DNA from: an uncultured Sphaerobacteraceae bacterium | GTDB taxonomy: Bacteria; Chloroflexota; Chloroflexia; Thermomicrobiales; UBA6265 | Direction of reading: 5' to 3' | Length of the DNA: 64,000 nucleotides | Assembly: GCA_964610045.1 (NCBI GenBank) | Contig: CAZSUN010000008.1 | Span: 5,236-69,235, forward strand | In this document: positions 27,925 through 36,549 of the stretch, in pieces | Layout of the letters: each line of letters begins with the position of its first letter | Numbering within the stretch: position 1 is the first letter of the stretch | Position numbers and translations under genes: made by a program | The notes under the pieces: generated by a model | The model's database searches: none | What the model saw: only the letters and a program-made list of their open reading frames with translations | What the model was told of the DNA's origin: nothing

Positions 27925-28686
27925 ATGGCTGAACACGCGACACAACCGAAGGGCTCGCCGCCACAACTTGGCATCATCGTGCTGCCGCTCCGGCTTGGCG
28001 CCAGTGGCCTCGAAGCTGCCTACGTCCAGAATGTGGGCGGTGACCACCTCATCTCGGCGGTTCCTGGTTCTGGCGAGCCACTCGATGACGCCGCCCATCG
28101 CGTCAGCCAGGCGTGCCTGGGCCGGCCATCGCAGTACGTCGAACAGCTCTATACCTTCGATTCCCGTTCCGGCGCCGCTCGCGAAGTCGTGGTCAGTTAC
28201 CTGGCCCTGTACCGGCACGAAACCAGTGAGCCTGCCACGCATGGCGACCTGATCTGGTTGCCCGTGGAAGCGATCTCCCTCACGGACGAGGTACATCGGA
28301 GCGTGTTCGAATACGGACTCATCCGTCTCAAGGCAAAATTCGGCTATACCAACATCGCCTTTCACCTCCTGCCGGACGCATTCACCCTCTCCGACCTGCA
28401 ACTGGCATACGAGGAAGTGCTCGGCCATCCGGTCGACAAGCGGAATTTTCGCCGCCGGATGGCCAGTTCCACGATCCTCGAACGCACCGGCGAGATGCGG
28501 CGCGACGGCAGTCACCGGCCTGCAGCGCTCTACCGGTTTGCAGCCCGGGACGACCAGGCCGCCTATCTCACGCCGTCCTGGGCCGCTGCAAGTCTCTCCC
28601 CACCCGATCCGGGCAGCGAATCAAGAACCTTCACCACCCGACGTGCGGCATCTGACGGTCCTGATACTCCCGGAGGAACACATTGA
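27925..28686 (+). CDS. NrtR-like regulator (degenerate Nudix domain plus C-terminal winged helix)
   Basis: The C-terminal block FTLSDLQLAYEEVLGHPVDKRNFRRRM...RPAALYRF is what I recognise as the NrtR wHTH. The Nudix box reads GSGEPLDDAAHRVSQACLG and so lacks the REUxEE glutamates. Only this last third of the 844-aa track ORF is credible. Confidence 0.62.
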   Translation: MAEHATQPKGSPPQLGIIVLPLRLGASGLEAAYVQNVGGDHLISAVPGSGEPLDDAAHRVSQACLGRPSQYVEQLYTFDSRSGAAREVVVSYLALYRHETSEPATHGDLIWLPVEAISLTDEVHRSVFEYGLIRLKAKFGYTNIAFHLLPDAFTLSDLQLAYEEVLGHPVDKRNFRRRMASSTILERTGEMRRDGSHRPAALYRFAARDDQAAYLTPSWAAASLSPPDPGSESRTFTTRRAASDGPDTPGGTH

Positions 28687-29570
28687 CCAGGCGATTCGGC
28701 ATCATCGCGGCACTCAGCAAACCGGAAGCCAAGGTCCTGGGCGACGAAATCTCGCGCTGGCTCGAATCGCAGGGTCACATGGCCGTCACCGAGGCCGAGC
28801 TCTCCTCCAACGGGACCGCCGATGTGGAAGCCGTCATCGTCCTTGGGGGCGACGGGTTGATGATGCGATCGGCAAACGTGTTCCCCGACATCCCGTTGCT
28901 CGGGATCAACTTCGGGAAGGTCGGTTTCCTCGCCCTCGTGGAGCAGCAGGTCTGGCGTCCCGCGGTTCGCAACCTGATCGAAGGAAACTTCACGATCGAA
29001 GCGAGTTCAACGTTGGAAGCCACCCTGATCCGCGACAACCGGGAGTTCGAGCAGGGGTGGGCGATCAACGATGTCGTCATTCGCGGCGGCAGCCGGATGG
29101 TCGATGTCGAGGTCTATATCGACGGACACTTCGTCAACACCTACCCGGGTGACGGCATGATCGTGTCGACGGCGCGGGGAAGCACCGCCTACTGCATGGC
29201 AGCGGGCGGTCCGATCCTCACCGCCGGGGTGCGAGGCTTCGCGATCGTCCCCATCTCCTGCCATTCGCCGATCCGCACACCGGTCATCGTGTCGGAATCG
29301 GCCGATATCGAACTGGTAGTGACCAACGATCACGAGGCATCGCTCATCCTCGACGGCCGGCCACGGATCAGCCTGCACCAGAACGACAACATCCGGATCC
29401 GGCGTGGACTCCACACCTTCCAGCTGGTGACCTTCGGATCGACGAACTTCTACGACGCCGTTCGCGAGAAGTTCAATTTCCAGATCCGGCCGGATGTGTT
29501 GCCGACCCGCTACGCAGCCCGGCTGACGGCGCATGGCAACCAGCAATCGGATAACCCTGCGGCACGCTGA
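28683..29570 (+). CDS. nadK: NAD kinase
   Basis: VIVLGGDGLMMRS, GINFGKVGFLA, TARGSTAYCMAAGGPIL. The TTG start overlaps the upstream stop by 4 nt. Confidence 0.9.
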   Translation: MTRRFGIIAALSKPEAKVLGDEISRWLESQGHMAVTEAELSSNGTADVEAVIVLGGDGLMMRSANVFPDIPLLGINFGKVGFLALVEQQVWRPAVRNLIEGNFTIEASSTLEATLIRDNREFEQGWAINDVVIRGGSRMVDVEVYIDGHFVNTYPGDGMIVSTARGSTAYCMAAGGPILTAGVRGFAIVPISCHSPIRTPVIVSESADIELVVTNDHEASLILDGRPRISLHQNDNIRIRRGLHTFQLVTFGSTNFYDAVREKFNFQIRPDVLPTRYAARLTAHGNQQSDNPAAR

Positions 29571-29677
29571 TCCTGGCGCGAAGGCGGATGAACGGGGACG
29601 GGTTCCTGCCCGCCGTACGGGCGAACCTCCGAGCGCAGCGAGGGGACGGCGGCCCGCCATGACGTGCGGGTTGACGC

Positions 29678-29730
29678 GGGCCGACAGACCTTCCGGCCTG
29701 CGGCCGTCAGGCCGATCGGCCCCTACGATG
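29678..29730 (-). repeat. REP-like unit (family A variant): GGGCCGA...TCGGCCC followed by CTAC
   Basis: gggccga / 31-nt loop with a nested ggcctg...caggcc hairpin / tcggccc ctacgatgg. Confidence 0.4.
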
Positions 29731-29869
29731 GGTGATTCGACCAACCTACACCTGTGAGCGCAGCGCACCCGGGGCGGACGACCACCTCGCCTGGCGGCTC
29801 GGTGGGTCCGCCCGTACGATGAGATGGCGGGACGCCCGGAGGGCACGCGCGGCGCATCCGCCAGCGCCG

Positions 29870-30682
29870 TTATCGGACGCGGAAGCGCTCGGGAACGGTG
29901 GTCACCTGTTCGTCCTCGGCGGGTTCTTCCTCGCCATCCTCGCGCAGCAGGGACATGTCGGGCTCGGTTGGCTTCCGCGTGATCTCCGCGGGAGCGGGTT
30001 CCTGGATGGTTGCGCCGGAAACGACGCCATTCGATCCAGGGACCACCGGACCCACCTGATCGCTGCCGGCCTGGACGGTCACCGGATCGAGCACATCACG
30101 GCCAAGGGTGGTCGCCGCAGTTGCAGCAGGCAGCGCGCGTGTTTCCTCACGTTGCCGTCGCCGCTCTTCGTCCCGCAGGCGTTTCTCGATCGCCGCGGGA
30201 TCGATCCAGCGGTCCTCGTCGATCTTGACCTCTTCCCGATCGTGATCGTGCGCGTGCTGTTCGCCGCAGTACGGACAGAGATCCCAGTTCAGGTCGATCA
30301 AACGGCCGCAGTTGTCGCAGTCCTCCCGCAACTGCGTGTTGCAGTGGGGGCAGATGCGCCACTCATCCTCGACGAAATGGTGACAGGTCGGGCACAGCGG
30401 CAATTCCTGGAGATCGTTCAGGAGGTACTCCTCCTCGAGCGACCGCTGGTACGCCTGGTCGAGCGTTTCGCTCGGCCGCAGGATCCGGTACAGAATCCAT
30501 CCGGGTATCCAGAACAGGACGACCACCAGCGTGGAGAACACCTGGGTCACCACACTGCGGCTGCGCGACTCGATGTCGCGAAACGTCCAGATCGCCAGCA
30601 CGAACCAGGTGGCGATCAGGTAGGCGCCACCCAGCGCCAGCAGAATCTGGAGCGCACGGGCGACGAAAGACTCGATATCCAA
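29870..30682 (-). CDS. Membrane-anchored double zinc-ribbon protein
   Basis: Two N-terminal TM helices, then CPTCHHFVEDEWRICPHCNTQLREDCDNCGRLIDLNWDLCPYCG (four CxxC pairs), then an acidic/charged tail. Confidence 0.6.
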   Translation of the reverse strand: MDIESFVARALQILLALGGAYLIATWFVLAIWTFRDIESRSRSVVTQVFSTLVVVLFWIPGWILYRILRPSETLDQAYQRSLEEEYLLNDLQELPLCPTCHHFVEDEWRICPHCNTQLREDCDNCGRLIDLNWDLCPYCGEQHAHDHDREEVKIDEDRWIDPAAIEKRLRDEERRRQREETRALPAATAATTLGRDVLDPVTVQAGSDQVGPVVPGSNGVVSGATIQEPAPAEITRKPTEPDMSLLREDGEEEPAEDEQVTTVPERFRVR

Positions 30683-30709
30683 ACGATGGGACTCCTTGGT
30701 TCCGGGTGA

Positions 30710-31048
30710 TCAGGCGATGCCAAGCCGCTCGTAGCGCTCGACATTGAGCACGAAGACGGTTGCGCCGCCGACCAGGACCTCGACCGGACTGGGGATGTAG
30801 AACTCGCCGGGTTCGACGATCGGCATCAAGGGATTCACGAACCGGGTCCGGGAGTGACAGTTGGCGCGGACGATTTCCTGGACATCGGCCACGTCTTCAT
30901 CACGAACGCCGATGAGGAGGGTCACGTTTCGCTCGCGGAGGAAGCCGCCGGCGCTGTTGATCTGGGTTGCCCGGTAACCTTGCCGGGTCAGGGCTGCCAG
31001 GAGCTGTTCGGCATCCGTACCCTGGACCACCGCAATGACGAGCTTCAT
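30710..31048 (-). CDS. darA: PII-like cyclic-di-AMP receptor (DarA/PstA, YaaQ/DUF970 family)
   Basis: MKLVIAVVQGTDAEQLL...SAGGFLRERNVTLLIGV...PVEVLVGGATVFVLNVE aligns along its whole length with my memory of B. subtilis YaaQ. It sits next to tmk, as in Firmicutes. Confidence 0.8.
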   Translation of the reverse strand: MKLVIAVVQGTDAEQLLAALTRQGYRATQINSAGGFLRERNVTLLIGVRDEDVADVQEIVRANCHSRTRFVNPLMPIVEPGEFYIPSPVEVLVGGATVFVLNVERYERLGIA

Positions 31049-31097
31049 TCCGTGCAATCCGTTCGTGCCGTCTGGGGCATGCCCTCGCGTACGGCGA

Positions 31098-31739
31098 TCA
31101 GTGCGTACTCGCCAACGGCGATAACCGTTCGGTCAGCCCGTCCCATACCTGGCTCGCGACCTCGTCCAATCCGGCCGATGCGTCCACAACCAGCCAACGA
31201 TCGGGCTCGGCAGCGGCGAGATTGAGGAATGCCTGCCGCACTCGCCGGTGGAAATCGACGCCGGCCAAATCGATGCGATTGACGGATTCGGGATCGGCAT
31301 GGCGACGCGCGAGTCCGATCTCAACCGGCACATCCAGCAACAGGCGCAATCGTGGCATGAGGCCACCAGTCGCGTAGTGCTGAATCGTGCGCAACTCCTC
31401 GATCGACAAACCGTGGCCTCCGCCCTGATAGGCGTAGGTGGAGTCGACATACCGATCGCACAGGACCCACGCTTTCCGGGATAACGCTGGCGCTATCACC
31501 TCGCGCACATGTTGAGCGCGGGCGGCGGCCAACAGCAGCACCTCGGTTTCGGGGAGGATAGCATAGTCATCCCGGCCGAGGAGGAGTTCCCGGACGGCAT
31601 TGCCGAGCCGCGTCCCACCGGGCTCTCGGGTCTCCACCACCTCATCTCCGGCTGCGCGCAACCGGCCGGCAAGCCGCGCCAGTTGCGTCGACTTGCCGCT
31701 GCCTTCCGGGCCCTCGAAGACCACGAACGATGGCGTCAC
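31098..31739 (-). CDS. tmk: Thymidylate kinase
   Basis: FVVFEGPEGSGKSTQ P-loop, DRYVDSTYAYQG. The GTG start is directly adjacent to the upstream stop. Confidence 0.9.
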   Translation of the reverse strand: MTPSFVVFEGPEGSGKSTQLARLAGRLRAAGDEVVETREPGGTRLGNAVRELLLGRDDYAILPETEVLLLAAARAQHVREVIAPALSRKAWVLCDRYVDSTYAYQGGGHGLSIEELRTIQHYATGGLMPRLRLLLDVPVEIGLARRHADPESVNRIDLAGVDFHRRVRQAFLNLAAAEPDRWLVVDASAGLDEVASQVWDGLTERLSPLASTH

Positions 31740-33566
31740 TTACTGGACGCCTCGACGGTAGATCTCGACATGGCGGAACGGATCGCGTCCCCTGCTCCGG
31801 GAATCGAGACTGTAGCGCTCGGCCATTTCGTGCTGCATCCGGCGAATCCGTGGTCCCTGGGGACTGAGGGCGGTCACCGGCGCGCCCTCCATGACTGCCG
31901 AAATGGCGGTTTCCGTTTCGGTCAGCGCGCGCATCACGGCGTCGTTGCTGACCTCCTCACGAGGCCGCCGCTCCCGATCCTCCGGACCCGCATCGTCGTC
32001 CTGGTGGACGCCGGGTTGGGCAGTGGGGAAGAGGGAAACGAGGACGTGCTCCATCTGGGTCGCCGTATTGGAGCGAAGCACATACACCGGGATACCGCGC
32101 AATTCCGCGTCCCGCACCGGTTGCGGCTTCTGCCGGTAGGCGTTCTTGAGAGTCATCACCAAATCGGCGTCAACCGGTTCGCGGACCATCACCACCGGGA
32201 CCCCCAGCCCGCTGATCGCCTGTTCCAGGCGATTCCGGCTGACGCCGTAGGGAAAGACACGCAGCGGTTTGGCGCGTGTCCCGCGGCCTTTGGCAAACGC
32301 CGCCACAGTTGGGGCGGTTGGGGCGTCCGCTCGCGCCGCGGGTGTGGCTTCGGCCTCCGCGAGTTCGTCCGGCGTCGGGTTGAGACGTTGCCGGCTGGTG
32401 ATATCCACCACCGTCTGCGATCGGTGATCGCGTCCACTCCGGACGGGTTCCTGGAACAGCGTATTACCGCGTCCTCCCGCCGGTTCGGCGTGCGTCCGCG
32501 GATCGCGCCGCTGGTCCTGGCTGGAGGTGCGTTCGACGGTGCCGTCGTCCAGCCGGCGGCGTCGCTCCGAGCCGATCGGCGCTCCCCGCAGGATGGCATC
32601 GACCGTCGCCGCGACGTCCAGGTGCACGATGACTTCATCCCGATCGACGATTTCAACCATGACGTTGAAGGTCGGCGGCGCCTTGCGCTCCAGGATCGAT
32701 TTCTGGGTACCCCGGCGGCGCGCTTCCTCATCGGACAGGGTCACGGACTGGATTCCACCGATGAGATCGGTCAGGGTCGGGTTCAGCATCAGGTTTTCGA
32801 GGGTATTGCCGTGGGCGGTCCCGATCAGCTGGACCCCACGCTCGGCGATCGTCCTGGCCGCCATCGCCTCGAGTTCGGTCCCGATCTCATCGATCACGAC
32901 CACCTGTGGCATGTGATTCTCGACAGCCTCGATCATGACCGCATGTTGGGCGGTCGGCGTGGGAACCTGCATCCGGCGGGCGCGGCCGATTGCCGGGTGC
33001 GGAATATCCCCATCCCCCGCGATCTCGTTGCTGGTATCGACCACGATCACCCGCTTGCGCAACTCGTCCGAGAGGACGCGGGCGGTCTCACGCAACAGCG
33101 TCGTCTTGCCGACGCCTGGGCGGCCCAGCAACAGGACGCTCTGTCCCGATTCGATCAGGTCGCTCACGATGGCGATCGTGCCGTAGACGGCGCGACCGAT
33201 GCGACACGTCAACCCGACGATCTCTCCGCTCCGGTTCCGGATCGCGGAGATCCGGTGAAGGGTGCGCTCGATACCGGCCCGGTTGTCGTCACCGAAGTCA
33301 CCGATCCGCTGACTGACGAACGCGAGATCCTCGCGGGTGACATCGATATCGGAAAGGTCGGTTTCCCCATACTGGAATCGCGCTTCGGGAGGACGTCCCA
33401 GGTCCATGACAATCTCGATCAATGCCCCGGAACCGGCTGATTGCTGGACGGTGGCCAGGTGACCCGAGACATGCTGGGGCAGGACCGCCAGCAGGTCCCT
33501 GAGATCGTCGGTGATCTCGATTTCCTGGCTGGTGCGGCGCGAGTGATCTGGGCGTGGCTCTGGCAT
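31740..33566 (-). CDS. AAA ATPase with C-terminal R3H-like domain (SpoIIIAA/Ycf45-like)
   Basis: Walker [17 protein letters not shown] and Walker [26 protein letters not shown] is typical of this family. The C-terminus [17 protein letters not shown] resembles R3H. The start was moved to ATG at 33566. Confidence 0.7.
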   Translation of the reverse strand: MPEPRPDHSRRTSQEIEITDDLRDLLAVLPQHVSGHLATVQQSAGSGALIEIVMDLGRPPEARFQYGETDLSDIDVTREDLAFVSQRIGDFGDDNRAGIERTLHRISAIRNRSGEIVGLTCRIGRAVYGTIAIVSDLIESGQSVLLLGRPGVGKTTLLRETARVLSDELRKRVIVVDTSNEIAGDGDIPHPAIGRARRMQVPTPTAQHAVMIEAVENHMPQVVVIDEIGTELEAMAARTIAERGVQLIGTAHGNTLENLMLNPTLTDLIGGIQSVTLSDEEARRRGTQKSILERKAPPTFNVMVEIVDRDEVIVHLDVAATVDAILRGAPIGSERRRRLDDGTVERTSSQDQRRDPRTHAEPAGGRGNTLFQEPVRSGRDHRSQTVVDITSRQRLNPTPDELAEAEATPAARADAPTAPTVAAFAKGRGTRAKPLRVFPYGVSRNRLEQAISGLGVPVVMVREPVDADLVMTLKNAYRQKPQPVRDAELRGIPVYVLRSNTATQMEHVLVSLFPTAQPGVHQDDDAGPEDRERRPREEVSNDAVMRALTETETAISAVMEGAPVTALSPQGPRIRRMQHEMAERYSLDSRSRGRDPFRHVEIYRRGVQ

Positions 33567-33671
33567 GCTACTCAACTGAACCCCCCGTAATCCGTGTGGC
33601 CCGTTGCACCCGAGAGATGTGCGTCGTGGCCGCGACTCCGGCAAAGGCAGACGCTGTTCGATGGCGGGGAA

Positions 33672-34763
33672 CTAGACCGGCGACCCCTGTGCGGGATCCC
33701 GGGACGAACCATTCAGGAATGTGGGAACTCGCTTTCCAACGGGATCCTTGACGTCGTGCGGGAAGGAGACGATGGCGGCCTGTGAAGCGCGCGCCATGGC
33801 AGTGGTGTGCTTGATCAGCAATTCCTGCTCCAGATGAAGGGAAAACCCCCGTTCGCCGAGAGGGCGTATGAACTCCTGCTGGTACCCTCGGACCACAACG
33901 TAGACGGGACGCGGTGACATCGTCGCAAGATCGGCAAATGCGCTGTCGATCAGCTTCGGGAAGAGGTCGCTACGGTCTGGCAGCACCTGGAATTCGATGA
34001 CGTGAAACTCCGGGCGCGACTCGGACCGCGCGTAGGCAGCGACATGGTGACCGGTTTCGATCAGCCATCCAGACCTCACGGAGAGCGTGGCCAGGCGTGG
34101 ACGGATTTCCCAGTGATGGCTGGTGAGCGCCTCGGCGAACTGCACGGGGTGCGGCACCGTGGCCATGTAGAGTTGATGGATGGACCACACGTCGGATGGC
34201 TGCTGCTTGCGGACGCCCGTACTGGCGCCTCCACGGCCAGCGATCGACCCGCCCAGCAACATCTCGTTCGCGTAGGGCGAGAACCCACTCGCCCGGATCA
34301 CCGGACCAAGCCCTGAACGGCGAGGCACTCTGGCATAAAGCCGTTTCGCCCCTTCGAGTCCGGCGGCCACGATGCCAAAGTTGACCAGTTCCTCCAACAC
34401 CGGCTGCGCCTCGTAGACACCGAGGTTCGCGCCGATCCCCTCCAGTTCCCATCGCCGATCGGGATCGACCACCCTGAACACCGCATATCCAACCGGATGC
34501 CGCTCGGATCGAGCGACGAACACCCGGTCGGAGGTGCGAACCATTGGCAACACCTGCCGGAGGCCAGCGCCAATCGGCTGACCGGATCCTGCCATCGGTT
34601 GGTTCAGGAAATAGCGTTCGCGAATGGCGCGTAGGGGAAGCAGATCCGACCAACGAAGCCAGCCGACATCAAGGTTCAGTTGGGGGTCAACCTGATCATG
34701 CGGGGCACCTTGCCGCAAGGGCACGCTTGCCTGACTGGTCTGGCGCGAGGAACTGGTCCTCAA
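33672..34763 (-). CDS. Hypothetical protein, possibly tandem GNAT-like folds
   Basis: 363-aa ORF in a coding-looking frame. There is weak resemblance to acetyltransferase folds (VGYAVFRVV...LYARV...ASGFSPY) and no motif I can name with confidence. Confidence 0.35.
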   Translation of the reverse strand: MRTSSSRQTSQASVPLRQGAPHDQVDPQLNLDVGWLRWSDLLPLRAIRERYFLNQPMAGSGQPIGAGLRQVLPMVRTSDRVFVARSERHPVGYAVFRVVDPDRRWELEGIGANLGVYEAQPVLEELVNFGIVAAGLEGAKRLYARVPRRSGLGPVIRASGFSPYANEMLLGGSIAGRGGASTGVRKQQPSDVWSIHQLYMATVPHPVQFAEALTSHHWEIRPRLATLSVRSGWLIETGHHVAAYARSESRPEFHVIEFQVLPDRSDLFPKLIDSAFADLATMSPRPVYVVVRGYQQEFIRPLGERGFSLHLEQELLIKHTTAMARASQAAIVSFPHDVKDPVGKRVPTFLNGSSRDPAQGSPV

Positions 34764-34909
34764 CCTGCCACATCCTCACCGCGGGGCGTTGGCACGGTCG
34801 TCATCGCCTGATGACGATCCGTCCATACCCATTCTATCGCGTGACCGCGGCCCACTCAAGGCCTACGGGACTGTCCGTACAATCCATACATCCTGCATCC
34901 GGGTTCGGC

Positions 34910-35521
34910 CTAAAGGGCACGACGCCCGGCCATGGCGCGGCCAAGGGTCATGTCGTCCGCGTACTCCAGATCACCGCCTACCGGCAGGCCACTGGCGGGA
35001 CGGCTGACGGTGACACCCATTGGGGTAAGCAGCCGGTGCAGATAGGTTGCGGTTGCCTCGCCAGGCAGATCGAGGTTGGTGAAGACAATCACCTCGTCCG
35101 GATTCTCCGAGATCACCCGCTGCTGCAATTCGCGAATGCGAAGCTTGTCCGGACCAATTCCGTCGACGGGGGAGATTGCGCCGTGAAGGACGTGGTATTT
35201 CCCGCGATAGGCCCCGGTGCGTTCGATCGCGACCAGGTCGAGCGGCTGCTCGACCACACAGATGCGATGGTCGCGGGTTGGGTCGGCGCAAATCGCACAT
35301 GGATCGATCTCGGTCGTATTGAAGCAGATCGAACAAAGCCGGATCCGTTCCTTGACCGCAAGAATAGCCTCGGCCAGCCCGATGGCGTCATCGCGGGAGG
35401 TTCGGAGCAGGTGATAGGCGAGCCGGGAAGCGGTTTTGGGTCCAACACCGGGGAGTTTCCCCAGTTCCTCGATGAGCCGGGCCACAGGCTCGGCGGTGGC
35501 GGCGGACGATCGCTGCATCAT
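34910..35521 (-). CDS. recR: Recombination protein RecR
   Basis: LIEELGKLPGVGPKTASRLAYHLL (HhH), C4 zinc finger CSICFNTTEIDPCAIC, Toprim VVEQPLDLVAIE. The start was moved to ATG at 35521/35518. Confidence 0.92.
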   Translation of the reverse strand: MMQRSSAATAEPVARLIEELGKLPGVGPKTASRLAYHLLRTSRDDAIGLAEAILAVKERIRLCSICFNTTEIDPCAICADPTRDHRICVVEQPLDLVAIERTGAYRGKYHVLHGAISPVDGIGPDKLRIRELQQRVISENPDEVIVFTNLDLPGEATATYLHRLLTPMGVTVSRPASGLPVGGDLEYADDMTLGRAMAGRRAL

Positions 35522-35579
35522 GCTGGCTGGCCTTGAAAAGTGAAAAAGAACGGCCGAAACGCGGGGGGACTCCGGTGGA

Positions 35580-35597
35580 TGGAATGGTACCATTCCA
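35580..35597. promoter_or_regulatory. Perfect 18-bp palindrome TGGAATGGTACCATTCCA in an AT-rich divergent promoter region
   Basis: Exact self-complementarity was checked by hand. It lies 59 nt upstream of the recR ATG. There is no loop, so a dimeric protein site is more plausible than an RNA hairpin. Confidence 0.35.
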
Positions 35598-35824
35598 AAT
35601 GTCAACAATTATTTCGATACTTACAATGAAATGACGCGAATCCACTAATCAGATGCCGCATGTTCGCGTTCAAATCCTATTGATTTTCATACATGATGAT
35701 GGTACTGTGGCCTGGAATCCGGGCAGGATTTGCAGAATGGCTGGACGAGTGGCTGGCGTCCCGCCGATGCGTGATGCGCCGCCGGGGTGGCAGGCGCGGA
35801 GCAAATACGCTGGGGGTCTGATTC

Positions 35825-36148
35825 GTGGAGTATCGAGACAAGACGCTAACGTGTCGTGATTGCAGCAGCCCCTTCACCTGGACCGCCGGAGAGCAACAGT
35901 TCTTCCGAGAGAAGGAACTGATCAACATCCCGGCCCGCTGCACGAAGTGCCGGTCGGCGCGGAAGGCCAAGATGGGCTTGCCGGACCGGGCACAGACCGA
36001 TGTGGTCTGCGCAGAATGCGGACAGCGCACCACCGTTCCTTTCGTACCGCGAAACGGAAATCCCGTGTATTGCTCGACCTGCCTGGCAGCAGTCAGGGTT
36101 CGACAGGCGGCCGAAGTCTCCGAAGAGGTGGCATCGATCGCGGTCTGA
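35825..36148 (+). CDS. Small zinc-ribbon protein with a CxxC-x17-CxxC domain
   Basis: CRDC...CTKC, then CAEC-GQRTTVPFVPRNGNPVY-CSTC with exactly 17 residues between the pairs. GTG start with a G-rich RBS. Confidence 0.6.
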   Translation: MEYRDKTLTCRDCSSPFTWTAGEQQFFREKELINIPARCTKCRSARKAKMGLPDRAQTDVVCAECGQRTTVPFVPRNGNPVYCSTCLAAVRVRQAAEVSEEVASIAV

Positions 36149-36178
36149 GCGTCGACGCAATTCCGGAAGGGGTGGCAA

Positions 36179-36212
36179 GCCCGGATTCCCATGGAATCCG
36201 GGCATTGTTGTG
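36179..36212 (+). terminator. Intrinsic terminator candidate after the zinc-ribbon gene
   Basis: gcccggattcc / cat / ggaatccgggc (11-bp perfect stem) followed by attgttgtg, 30 nt after the stop. Confidence 0.6.
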
Positions 36213-36549
36213 CCCTCCCTGGCTGCCCTGCGCCTGGAGCGGATTGCGGGGAGGTTGATCGCAGAAACAGGGCAGCCACACGTTCGCTGACGCTCCACCC
36301 AACCCCTGACCCACACCCCTCCTGACCGCCCCTCATCCTGAGGGGCGGGACCGTCCCAGACTCGGGAAGTGGAACCGTGGGCTGCCCCGACAAACCTCCG
36401 AGCGCCGATCAATTCCACCGCAAAGCACTGGAATTCCGAGTCCGGATGAATGGTTCCCGGTGGCGGATCGCGTGTCTCCGTCGAGTTCAGGCAGGGACAC
36501 GCGACCCGCCGCTACCACACATCCCAGGAGTCAGCATCTGGAGTTGGCG

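Noticed and set aside
26152-28686. 844-aa plus-strand ORF
   Set aside because: Its first roughly 590 codons are antisense to glmU and the tRNA and encode Arg/Gly/Asp/His-rich low-complexity sequence. Only the last 253 codons (from ATG 27925) look like a real protein, the NrtR-like regulator.
36155-36205. tccggaagg...gcaagcc resembling the GGAA tetraloop region of SRP (4.5S) RNA, near recR as in Bacillus
   Set aside because: The flanking conserved symmetric-loop nucleotides (AGCA / GGUCC context) do not match. Part overlaps the end of the zinc-ribbon CDS. The adjacent palindrome is better explained as that gene's terminator.
36326-36348. 10-bp hairpin ccgcccctca/tgaggggcgg, about 200 nt downstream of ftsK, as the ftsK terminator or a small RNA
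   Set aside because: It has no U-tract, it is far from the stop codon, and no conserved ncRNA features are recognisable in 36149..36549. It is left unannotated.
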